Source of the DNA: Octopus sinensis
Lineage: Eukaryota
Direction: 5' to 3'
DNA: 64,000 nt
NCBI RefSeq assembly: GCF_006345805.1
Contig: NC_042997.1
Span: forward strand, 46,438,001-46,502,000
In this document: one piece after another, positions 53,688 to 64,000 of the stretch
Numbering within the stretch: the stretch's first letter is position 1
Layout: every line of letters starts with the position of its first letter
Translations under genes and position numbers: made by a program
The notes under the pieces: model-generated
Told to the model about the DNA's origin: nothing
Database searches by the model: none
Seen by the model: the letters and a program-made list of their open reading frames with translations, nothing else

Positions 53688-53691
53688 ATAT

Positions 53692-53733
<42 letters not shown>

Positions 53734-55018
53734 CTTACGAGTGAGTATACGCATCCATGTGCGCATATAAACACACTTCATATCTATGCCTTCGTATAAG
53801 ACAATCATATACACATTCGCTCTCTACGTGAAAAAGCAAACTCAAATTCTGAGATCCTGAAAGTTATCACTTCTATTTTAAATAAATGTAGGATTGGTGT
53901 GTATTACCGTTCATATATCTGTTGTGATGACGAGCCCAAACAGAGGACGAAACAGTGCTATCCCAGACTGTCAGTGACTGTAAGAACGTTAACTCGTGGA
54001 CATGAAAAAAAAAATGAGGATTATAAATAAATGAGTTATGAATAAATCGCGGACATGGAAAAAAAAAAGCAAACTATAAATAAACATATCCTGTTCACTG
54101 TTTAATATGAATTCCCCAAAAAGCTTAAACACAAGAAGCGATTTTCTCCCCATAAGTGTTTATAAGACCCTGGCTGTGGTGGTTCTAATATTATTCATTG
54201 AAAGTAGTGGTAAGATATCACGGCGAGATGGAAGTAAATAATACCTATCTCAAATCCTCCCGACGGATAACACAACATGAAAATGCTGTCAGAAATTTCA
54301 TTTTACATCCGGGAAGAATATACGAAGGCGGGCTTCTGTATTTGTTCGTAGACAAAACATTGATTGCATGTTCGCAAAAAACTTTCAAACAAGGCAAATC
54401 TACACTGGAAATAATTTACAAGCATGTAAGATGTTTCTCATATTATCTCTTTTCTCTACTCTTAGATGATGAGGAAAAATGAATTTAGCCTGTTCCATTA
54501 CAGTCATATCATGGTGACGAGTTATGTCATGCTGACAAGTCCAAAACAAGGACGAGATACTGCTATTTACGACTACCAGTGACTTTAAGAATGTTATCTC
54601 ATGGAAATAAAAGAATAAGGGGATTATTCTAGCAATGATCCTACTTCGTGTACATCAATTTTGTACATATATATATATATATATATACATATATGCTCTA
54701 CGCTCATATATATTCCTCCATATATTTACGGTAAGAAGCGATTCTCTCCTCTTGAGTAGTTGTCTCCAGTGCAACCTCATGTACGCATTTATGTGTATGA
54801 GTATGGTGCGTGTGCATGTGGTTATGTATATATATATATATATATATATAAATATACTATTTATATATCGCAATGTAGCTTGTTAAGAAAATTTCTTTTA
54901 GAGATGAAAGCAGTATTTATCCTGAGATGTAACGTTTATCGCCACCTAAACGTGCGAGTCCTATAGTAACAACGATACTGCTATTTTAACCACATATGCA
55001 TATGTATATGAACACACA

Positions 55019-55068
<50 letters not shown>

Positions 55069-55189
55069 AAGGGAAAGTAAAAGGTTATCCGACTCTCGCC
55101 GAAACTTTCTTTAGGTTGACTTTAAGCTCACCGCTCGCGTGCTAAGAGGTGGTACTCTTTTGGTTACTTAACCGATATTTTTGCGTTGA

Positions 55190-55865
55190 TGGCTCCAACT
55201 TTTTTTAAAATATGGGTGCGTAGTTAACAGTATGCACCAAAGCAAACCTGAGATCAGGGCTTCGATTTCTGTGACTGAAGCTATGTCAAAGGGTGTGGTT
55301 CATTGCAGGCTTTCTGTGCAATACGGGAACAGAGCTCTACTACAGAGCAGGGTGTATGAGTTAATCAAAGACATTTGAAATGATCGAACAAGCGTGAATC
55401 GCGAGGAGAGAGCAGGAAACGCGTCAGCCTTCACCAGTGACGTGAAAACATACCAAAGATTCGAGAAATGGTCCTGGCGAGTTGCCATCGCTGATGTGGC
55501 ATGTTCTATGCCAATTAGTTTTGGTTCTGCGTATGAAAACAACCACGACACGCTTCGGCGTAAAATCCGTGAGAGATGGATACCAAGAGTTTACTGTGCT
55601 GCGTAACCGGAATCATGTGGAGAAATATCAACACCATCTCGACCGCTACAAATATGAAGCCTTTTGGAGAGAATAGTCACAGAAGATGCGACCTGAGTCT
55701 GCCACTTTGAGCCAGAATCCAAAAGACAGAGTATGGAGTGGAAAAAGCTGGATCGCTAGCGAAAAAAGTATACAAGATACAACTGGGAAAAAGTGATGGT
55801 TACCGTTTTCAGGGACACAAAGGGACTGTACTGTAAATTTATCTAGAAAAAGGGATCTGTAGTTT
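55190..55865 (+). mobile_element. mariner transposase 5'-half remnant
   Basis: Frameshifted remnants RERWIPR (WVP motif), RIVTEDAT*VCHFEPESKRQSMEWK, GKVMVTVFRD. Confidence 0.75.
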
Positions 55866-55869
55866 CCAG

Positions 55870-56121
55870 TGTAGGCCAACAGTGGCTGTGTGGTAAGAAG
55901 CTTGCTTCCCAACCATATGGTTCTGTGTTCAACCCCAGTGCGTTGAGTTGGTAGACGGAAAAACTGAAATGAACATTTCGTGTGTGTATATATATATATA
56001 TATATCTATATATACATACACATTATATGTGTATATATATATATATTATATATATATATATATATATAATATATATATATTATATATATAATATATATAT
56101 ATATATATACACATACACATA

Positions 56122-56152
<31 letters not shown>

Positions 56153-56171
56153 CTATATATACATACACATA

Positions 56172-56231
<60 letters not shown>

Positions 56232-56455
56232 GTGTGTGTGTGTGTCTGTGTCTGTTTATATCCCATCTACACTTGACAACCGGTGCTGGTGCGTTTACGT
56301 CCCCGTAACGTAGCGTTTCGACATACGACACCGACAAAATAATTACTAGGCTTAGAAAAGTCTTAGAATCGATTTTTTCCACTGAAACCTTTCAAGTCGG
56401 TGCTCCAGCTTGTCCGCAGTGTAATGACTGAAACAAGTAAAACTTAAAAGATAAA
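55870..56455 (+). mobile_element. SINE family A copy (diverged, expanded internal microsatellite)
   Basis: Head cagtggctgtgtggtaagaagcttgcttcccaacc; tail tgactgaaacaagtaaa. Confidence 0.75.
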
Positions 56456-57951
56456 AGAAATTGAAACTTGCGTCTTTCACCAATTGCCAAGGACCATTGT
56501 CAAATCAAATGTCATTGTAGCAGCACACAGAGATACGGAAGGTTATCCATTTCTTTTAAAATAAATTTAAGATTTACTGTTCATTTATCTGTTCGTATTG
56601 ACAAGTCCAAAAGGAGGATGGAATAGTGTTATTCTCGCCTGCCAGTGACTTTAAGAACGTTATCTCATAGAAATGAAAAGGGTAAAAAAAAATAAGAATT
56701 CTAGAAATATATGTATACTGTTGAAACTATTGAAAAGCTGGGCTACAAGTTACTGAAAATATCTGCATGATATCTAGATCTGTCCGCTTCCGTTTATCAC
56801 TTTCCTGAAACGTACAATTATCCTTTACGAAGTCGTGGAGTTACTATAGACGAAGAAACCCAGGAAGATCATACACTGCTGTGCGACCAGCCGAATATCC
56901 TCTCCGATAGAATACGCTACCTTGTTAAACCTCTGGAAAAAGTGCATCGGAAGGCAAGGTGACTATGTCGAAAATTGCTCAAGCCCTGATTATGTTTGAA
57001 TAAATTAAAAAAATACATGAGTGCGTACAAGTTTTGATTTACTAGCATACACATACACACACACACACACACGCGCATACACACACACACACACATGAAG
57101 ACAAACACACATGAAGACAAACACGATGCTAATAAAGAAGAAATTACTCGTTATTTTATCTAACCAAATTCCTGCCGGCTGTCTCCACTGGTCTTTTCTA
57201 AACCGTTCATCATTGTTAAATTAGGCTTTTCTTTAATGTACGGTAGCTAAGATAATTGACCTCCAGTTTCTCCCTAGATAGCTTGCTTATAATTATTCCT
57301 CTTCTTTCTTTCGCTCATTCATTCATTCATTCATTTTTCTTCCTTCCTATATAATAAAAATAACCTTAAAATATAAAAAATAATTAAAATAACCATAAAA
57401 TAAAAATAACCTCATTATTAATTGCTAAATACAGCGTATTTTCGCAAGGTTATACGTATTTCTAATTTAGCATCGTCAACCTAATGTAAATACTGAGGTG
57501 CTAAATTACTATCTCCTTAAGAAAAACTGGGGTTTCAAAGTCATTATACGATCATTTACGTAACCATTACTAGTCAGAATCCAAGCATTCATCCGTCAAA
57601 CACGTGTAAAAGTGGCAATATAATAAAAAAGATATATATATATATATATATAATAAAAACTATTTCACTTGCTTTATTTTGATCTTGGATATACTCTTTG
57701 TAAATCATTCAAATGCAAGGAAAAACAAAAGAAAGCCAGGAGAGATACTTAATTGAAAGTTGGATATGCGAAATAGTAATGGCTGATTATATAAATACAC
57801 ACACATGCACACGCACACACACACACACGCACACACACGCACGCACACACACAAACATACACGTATATATATGCATGTATAAATATATATGCATGTGTGT
57901 GTGTATACGTGTGTAGCCTACATATATATAGAATTAGATATTATGATAAGA

Positions 57952-58230
57952 TATTAGTATAGTAAGATATAATATTAAATGCCTTATAATATAGGTGGCC
58001 ATAGCAATTAAACCCGAAACGGTAAAATTAATAAACGAGGGTGCAAAATACTACCAGCAATTGTTTGAAATGTGAACCGAAATTGAGCCCCAACAGACGC
58101 CAAGAACACTAACCTTATGATATATTCGTAGATGTGCTTTTGCACCCATATTTATTAATTTTACTGTTTGGTTTTAACTGCTATGGCCACCTATATCATA
58201 ATGCGTTCATTATATCTTAATATACTAATA
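57952..58230. mobile_element. MITE-like foldback element
   Basis: ~95-bp imperfect inverted arms (57952-58048 and 58138-58230), including ataggtggccatagca/tgctatggccacctat, around a ~90-bp spacer. Confidence 0.7.
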
Positions 58231-58542
58231 AATTATTATTATATCCTATTGTTTTATACTGTAGACTTTCACCATTTCGAATTTTAGCGCTCTTCAACGG
58301 TGAGAAACATGATCATATTGATCAAATTTCGAAATCATGCGATAAGGTTTTATCAAACTATTTCATTCTATGAGTTTATCTCGCCTAAGAAAGATGTGAC
58401 TTGCTGCTTGGATTCCCGAATATATCATGAGGTTAGTGCTTTTGTGTGGCTCTTCGAATTAAATTTCAGCTCTCATTTCTAGCAATTGGAGGTGCTATTT
58501 TGGACCCTCATTCATCTTATTACACACACACACACACACACA

Positions 58543-58593
<51 letters not shown>

Positions 58594-59564
58594 ATTAAAA
58601 TGAATCACACATTTGCATCACATGCTGGACAGCCCCTTCTTCCTAAAGTAGAACTAGTGAGCCACCCCAGGTGATAAATGACCCAAAATATCTTGAATAT
58701 AGTAAAGCTTGAAAAATATCTCGTTTACCATATATACAGTTTACTATTTCGTTGAAGTAGGATAACTAAAGATAATTTCGTGTACACTATTAAAATAAGT
58801 GCTACTAATAGCTTCCTTCGATTCAGACACGTGGTTTAGCAGATTTTTGTAACATGCCTTGTGTCTCGTAGCTATTTTCAGGATATTGGCTGGTGATTCG
58901 TTTTTTGAATAGAACAAACCATGTGTCCAAAACCTGAAGATTGCCTCGTCTTGTCTCGTCTTTGTCACTTCCTCTTTAAATGTATCTTTATCCCCTTAAC
59001 TTTCGCTGTCGGCAGGGTTTAAAGAGAAAAAAAGCAGTTTTATCTTCAACGCCGAAACTGCATATTCATTAGTGTGAGTAGCTGATGGAACGAAACGCCT
59101 CTGTTGTTCCACCAATATTTCAGCTTTTATTTTGTGCTTTTCTTTTATTTATACGCACACAGTTTATGTTGTCAACCACTGTTCATAGTAGTTATTTTCT
59201 GCGACCCCATTGCTTTGTCTCCTCTCCCACTTTTCTTTTTCTCTCTCATTGTCTCTTCCTTTCACTCTTCCTACTTCTACGACTCTCTATGTTTCTCCAT
59301 CAAGTTTCTGCCTACTTCCATTCCCAAGCAACTGGAATTACTTTCTATTTCACTGCCACTAGTTTAACAGAGCGCCGCCTTACTTGTACCATTCGTATCT
59401 CATCTGCGCAAAACCACAATTTGGATGTTTCATATCCCCTCCTACATTCGACACACACAGATAGTTTAATAAAGTTTAGATTATTATGTTCATTAATGAT
59501 GTATATATATATATATATATATAATATATATATATATAATATATTATATATATATATATAAATC

Positions 59565-60700
59565 CTTAAATCCTTAAAAATGTTTTAGCCCGAAGGCGCG
59601 GCCATGCTGGGCACCCACGCTGAATGAGCTACACTAGTTTGTGAATCCACCTCTGATACGTGGCACTTCATCAACAAGGGAGTTCGATGCTGCTGCCGCA
59701 TCCGTGTCTCCTGTCGTGAGGTAGGTTCATCTGGGACTCCCAACAAGAAGAGATCCAGTTTAGTTTTAAAGAAACCCACATCCACACCATGTAAGTCTTC
59801 AGGCATTTAGGGAGGATGTTAAAGAGCTGTGGTCCTCTGAAACCCAAGCTGTTGCAGTATCTGGACCTGTATTTTGATGGTGATGTTGGAATCCTTGGCA
59901 CCACGCAGCGGCGCCCCGTTCTGCGGTTGGAGTAACTTGAATGCCAAGTTTGGGACAAGACCCTCCAGGATTTTCCAGATGTATATCACTGCATATCTTC
60001 CGCCTCCGCTCCAGGGAGAAGAGGTTTAATACCTTCAGTCTTTCCCAGTAGCTGACATTTTGCATTGAGACGATTTTTTGTGTAGCTTCTCTGAGTTGCT
60101 TCGAGTTCTGCTGTTGTTTTATATTGTGTGGTGACCAAAGTTGGGAGCAGTAGTCCAAGCGGCTGAGGACAAATGTTTTCCATAGGCCCATCAGTGTCTC
60201 CTTCTCTCTTGTTCTGAAAGTTCGGAGAATCCATCCAGCTAGCCGTCTGCATTTTATCACCAGATTAGCAATATGCATTTGAAAGATGCATCATGCTCAT
60301 GTCAATGCCCAGGTCACGCACTGATTTTGACTCAGGGATTGCAATTCTTCATGGGCCAGTGTATCCAGTCTTCACGTCATTTACCTTTGTGGCCAGTAGC
60401 GCAGGCCTGGAACTTACCTGCATTAAACTGCATGTTGTTGTCCTCAGCCCACCTGTATATTGTGTCCAGCTCATGTTGCAGATGCACAATATTTTCAGGG
60501 TTTTGTATTGCGTGGGAGACTTTGTGTCATCTGCATAGCTAGCAAGGGTGGTCATCGTAGCAACTGAAGGCATGTCTGAAAGGGCCACTATGAACATCAG
60601 TGGCCCAAGACAGTGCCCTGTGGGACAACGCTTGTTATTGCGTTTCCCTGGAGGTGGCTCCATTGCTCACAACTGCCTGTTTTCTGTCTTTTAGGAAGTT
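59565..60700 (-). mobile_element. CR1-type LINE 3' fragment
   Basis: LGPLMFIVALSDMP..LASYADDTK, KCRRLAGWILRTFRTREKE, FVLSRLDYCSQLWSPH, SYWERLKVLNLFSLERR, FKTKLDLFLLGVPDEP. 3' end ggtgcccagcatggccgcgccttcgggctaaaac plus a (ttaaggat) tail. Confidence 0.92.
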
Positions 60701-60731
60701 GTGCAGCCACTCTCCAAGTTTCCCGCCTATA

Positions 60732-60781
<50 letters not shown>

Positions 60782-61005
60782 TATATATATATCTATATAT
60801 ATATTAATTATATATATATACTAAGCAATAAGGGTTAGCAACGAATTGCCTTACCACATACCGAATTTAGAAATAGCAGTCAAAGGGTTATAGCTATTTC
60901 TTTACTAAAAAGGGAGATCTCAGTAAAAACAGCAATTGGAAGGCTGACACAAACAGGTAAGAGAGAATGAATTAATTGCAATCTATCAAACATTTTTAAA
61001 GTTAT

Positions 61006-61110
61006 CTACGGACGTACGTTTCGAAATCAAGTTTTTAGGAAAGCATAAGAATTAAATATTAAATATTAAATAATTCTATCTTACCGAAACTTCTTTTCTC
61101 TTCAGCGTAG
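61006..61110 (-). ncRNA. Type I hammerhead ribozyme motif, array unit 1
   Basis: Minus strand: ctacg CTGAAGA GAAA..(76-nt stem-loop II)..TTTC GAAAC GTAC GTC cgtag. Predicted cut between 61011 and 61010. Confidence 0.8.
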
Positions 61111-61601
61111 AATACTATAATCAAAAATGATTATATATTGAATTTTGAGATACTAGGAGGCACCAACTCAACTCAGTATCAGAGCGAGCTAGAATCCGCA
61201 ACTAGTATCACCGAATTCAAATTTGTGAATGAAACGATTGTGTCAACAGCCCCTTCCCACCCACGTGTAGCCAAAACAAGATGCTGTGGTCATCTACTGA
61301 GATAAAATATGGTTATCCGTAATAATGAAGGGTGAAATTAATTAATTTGGAATAATTATCAATTACACCAAGTAGTCTTCGGCATGTAAAAGCCTCATTC
61401 GAGGAAAATTTAAGTAATACTAAGCAATAAGGGTTTAGCAACGAATTGCCTTACCACATACCGAATTTAGAAATAGCAGTCAAAGGGTTATAGCTATTTC
61501 TTCTACTAAAAAGGGATCTCAGTAAAAACAGCAATGGGAGGCTGACACAAACAGTAAGAGAGAATGAATTAACTGCAATCTATCAACATTTTTAAAGTTA
61601 T

Positions 61602-61703
61602 CTACGGACGTACGTTTCGAAATCAAGTTTTTAGGAAGCTAAGAATTAAATATTAAATATTAAAAATTCTATCTTACCGAAACTTCTTTTCTCTTCAGCG
61701 TAG
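61602..61703 (-). ncRNA. Type I hammerhead ribozyme motif, array unit 2
   Basis: Same intact core with a 73-nt stem-loop II. Predicted cut between 61607 and 61606. Confidence 0.8.
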
Positions 61704-62362
61704 AATACTATAATCAAAAATGATTATATATTGAATTTTGAGATACTAGGAGGCACCAACTCAACTCAGTATCAGAGCGAGCTAGAATCCCAACTAGTAT
61801 CACCGAATTCAAATTTGTGAATGAAACGATTGTGTCAACAGCCCCTTCCCACCCACGTGGTAGCCAAAACAAGATGCTGTGGTCATCTACTGAGATAAAA
61901 TAGGTTATCCGTAATAATGAAGGGTGAAATTAATTAATTTGGAATAATTATCAATTACACCAAGTAGTCTTCGGCATGTAAAAGCCTCATTCGAGGAAAA
62001 TTTAAGTAATACTAAGCAATAAGGGTTTAGCAACGAATTGCCTTACCACATACCGAATTTAGAAATAGCAGTCAAAGGGTTATAGCTATTTCTTCTACTA
62101 AAAAGGGTGATCTCAGTAAAAACAGCAATTGGAAGGCTGACACAAACAGGTAAGAGAGAATGAATTAACTGCAATCTATCAAACATTTTTAAAGTTATCT
62201 ACGGACGTACGTTTCGAAATCAAGTTTTTAGGAAAGCATAAGAATTAAATATTAAATATTAATGATACTAGTTGCGGATTCTAGTCGCTCTGATACTGAG
62301 TTTGAGTTGGTGCTCCCTAGTATCTCAAAATTCAATATATAATCATTTTTGATTATAGTATT

Positions 62363-62467
62363 CTACGCTGAAGAGAAAAGAAGTTTCGGTAAGATAGATT
62401 TATTTAATATTTAATATTTAATTCTTATGCTTTCCTAAAAACTTGATTTCGAAACGTACGTCCGTAG
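62363..62467 (+). ncRNA. Type I hammerhead ribozyme motif, inverted unit
   Basis: ctacg CTGAAGA(62368-62374) GAAAAGAAGTTT...AAACTTGATTTC GAAAC GTAC GTC cgtag. Predicted cut after 62462. Confidence 0.8.
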
Positions 62468-62765
62468 ATAACTTTAAAAATGTTTGATAGATTGCAGTTA
62501 ATTCATTCTCTCTTACCTGTTTGTGTCAGCCTTCCAATTGCTGTTTGTACTGAGATCTCCCGTTTTAGTAGAAGAAATAGCTATAACCCTTTGACTGCTA
62601 TTTCTAAATTCGGTATGTGGTAAGGCAATTCGTGCTAAACCCTTATTGCTTAGTATTACTTAAATTTTCCTCGAATGAGGCTTTTACATGCCGAAGACTA
62701 CTTGGTGTATTGATAATTATTCCAAATTAATTAATTTCACCCTTCATTATTACGGATAACTATAT

Positions 62766-62814
<49 letters not shown>

Positions 62815-62954
62815 TTATATGTATATATATATAATATATATGATATATTATATTTATATAGGATATATTTATATATAATATATATATAATATATATATAA
62901 ATATATTTATATAATATATACTGTATATTTATATATATATTATATAAATATATT

Positions 62955-62997
<43 letters not shown>

Positions 62998-63026
62998 TTA
63001 TATATATATAGATATATATATATATA

Positions 63027-63078
<52 letters not shown>

Positions 63079-63079
63079 C

Positions 63080-63290
63080 GAGCATGCGCACATAAAGATA
63101 CACATCTTAGAAGAACAGAATGAAGTAACTGGAGCAAGAGCACGCACGAAAACGAAAAGTGTCGCATACAGGAATAAATGTGTGAAGAACAGATATATAG
63201 TGCGTGCGTGTGTTTATTTGGCCAAAAAATGACCATTCTGATATCTGTTTCAACACACGATTTCAGATCAGGAATCTTGCACACAAATCG
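63080..63290 (+). mobile_element. Remnant related to the terminal repeat of the Neptune-type element at 16.7-17.0 kb
   Basis: atatatagtgcgtg..gtgtttatttggcc..atgaccattc..atatctgtttcaacacacga..aatcttgcac aligns with 16921-17030; gcatgcgcacataaagatac aligns with ~16737. Confidence 0.7.
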
Positions 63291-64000
63291 ATACACATAT
63301 TTATTCACGTATACATATATGCATGCATATGTATTCAATATATACACATATGTATAAACACACGCATATATTTGTGTGTGGGTGTGTGTATTAATACTTC
63401 TATGCATATATATGCCAAGTATACAGTTGTAGGCTGCGCTATTTAATATTGAAAGAGTACCTACTTATAGTTGGTCTGAAAATGCTGATTAGTCAGGAAG
63501 AAAATCCTAAACATTCTGAAAGAGAAAAACAAAGATTCTAATTACTCTATGATATCACCACTAAACAAAGCACTATTTTAAATTACTTAGCTGTTCACGT
63601 GCGAAAATAATTCGTACTTTACTAAATTTGCTGCCATTTACGTAGACTTGTGTGCATACTTATAAATAAATTTCTCTGTATACGTATGTTTATGTGTTCA
63701 GGTATCCGTACATTTTCTGCACTTGTAAGTATTTGCCTTGCTTTTTGTTTTTTACCTGGTTCACTATGTTCTTCTTATAAGAAATAATGCAAAGTCACGA
63801 CTACGCTCTTGCATACAGAATTTTATTTAATATTAAACACACACAGATGCACACACACACACAAACACACACACATACACACACAGTCATATAGATAATA
63901 TCTGTGTATAAATATAGATGTACATGCATATGTTTATTCATAAAAGTATATATCGATATATACGTACAATTACACAGACGCACACACACACATAAAAATA

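Larger units (their letters stand above)
53860..56715 (+). repeat. Three diverged copies of a repeat carrying a degenerate hammerhead motif (cores at 53927, 54532, 56598)
   Basis: Shared (C)TGAC(G/A)A G(T/C)CC-7nt-GGA(C/T) GAAA-like YAGTGCTAT core, followed by cagtgact(t/g)taagaa(c/t)gtta(t/a)ctc. Upstream flanks are also homologous. Confidence 0.7.
60821..62760. repeat. Hammerhead-bearing tandem array: ~2.4 direct units of ~596 bp plus a ~0.8 inverted unit
   Basis: Units start at 60821, 61420 and 62012; orientation switches at 62262/62263. The inverted segment 62263-62760 is the reverse complement of unit sequence. Flanked on both sides by (AT)n. Confidence 0.95.

Noticed and set aside
57500-57612. 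aaacacgtgta resembling the 37.5-kb HHR 3' half
   Set aside because: GAAA and CUGA are both broken and stem II pairing cannot be shown.
59085-59561. 158-aa hydrophobic ORF
   Set aside because: Derives from a CT-rich low-complexity tract running into (AT)n.
61365-61408. Second hammerhead-like string in the array unit (minus strand CGAAUGA GGC uuuuacau GCC GAAG ACUA CUU)
   Set aside because: The core deviates at several invariant positions and stem I is not convincing; at most a decayed motif.
60821-62760. CRISPR-like or rDNA interpretation of the tandem array
   Set aside because: Units are ~600 bp with no unique spacers and no recognisable 5S/rRNA or tRNA motifs; the context is eukaryotic.

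Overview
AT-rich, microsatellite-dense eukaryotic intergenic/intronic DNA. The SINE families and repeat landscape suggest an octopus-type cephalopod genome (inference). There is one 100-N assembly gap (24167-24266). No host protein-coding gene can be called confidently; most ORFs in the track are microsatellite artefacts. The window is a patchwork of decayed mobile elements: a ~4.1 kb Penelope-like (Neptune-type) element with RT and GIY-YIG remnants and inverted ends, a second Penelope endonuclease remnant, several CR1-type LINE fragments, R4/Dong-type and RTE-type LINE fragments, four mariner and one Tc1 remnants, three SINE families and a MITE-like foldback. The main unexplained signal is a set of hammerhead ribozyme (HHR) motifs found by eye. 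(i) A young ~596-bp tandem array with an inverted terminal copy (60.8-62.8 kb); each complete unit carries an intact type I HHR core with an unusually long (73-76 nt) stem II and a palindromic loop III. (ii) A solo HHR of the same architecture at 37.4 kb inside a ~320-bp insert in (AT)n. (iii) Three decayed HHR-bearing repeats at 53.9-56.7 kb, two of them 605 bp apart. (iv) Minimal variant HHRs in Penelope terminal-repeat remnants. Together these look like a retrozyme/HHR-satellite system plausibly mobilised by Penelope-like elements. Ribozyme activity and novelty are untested.
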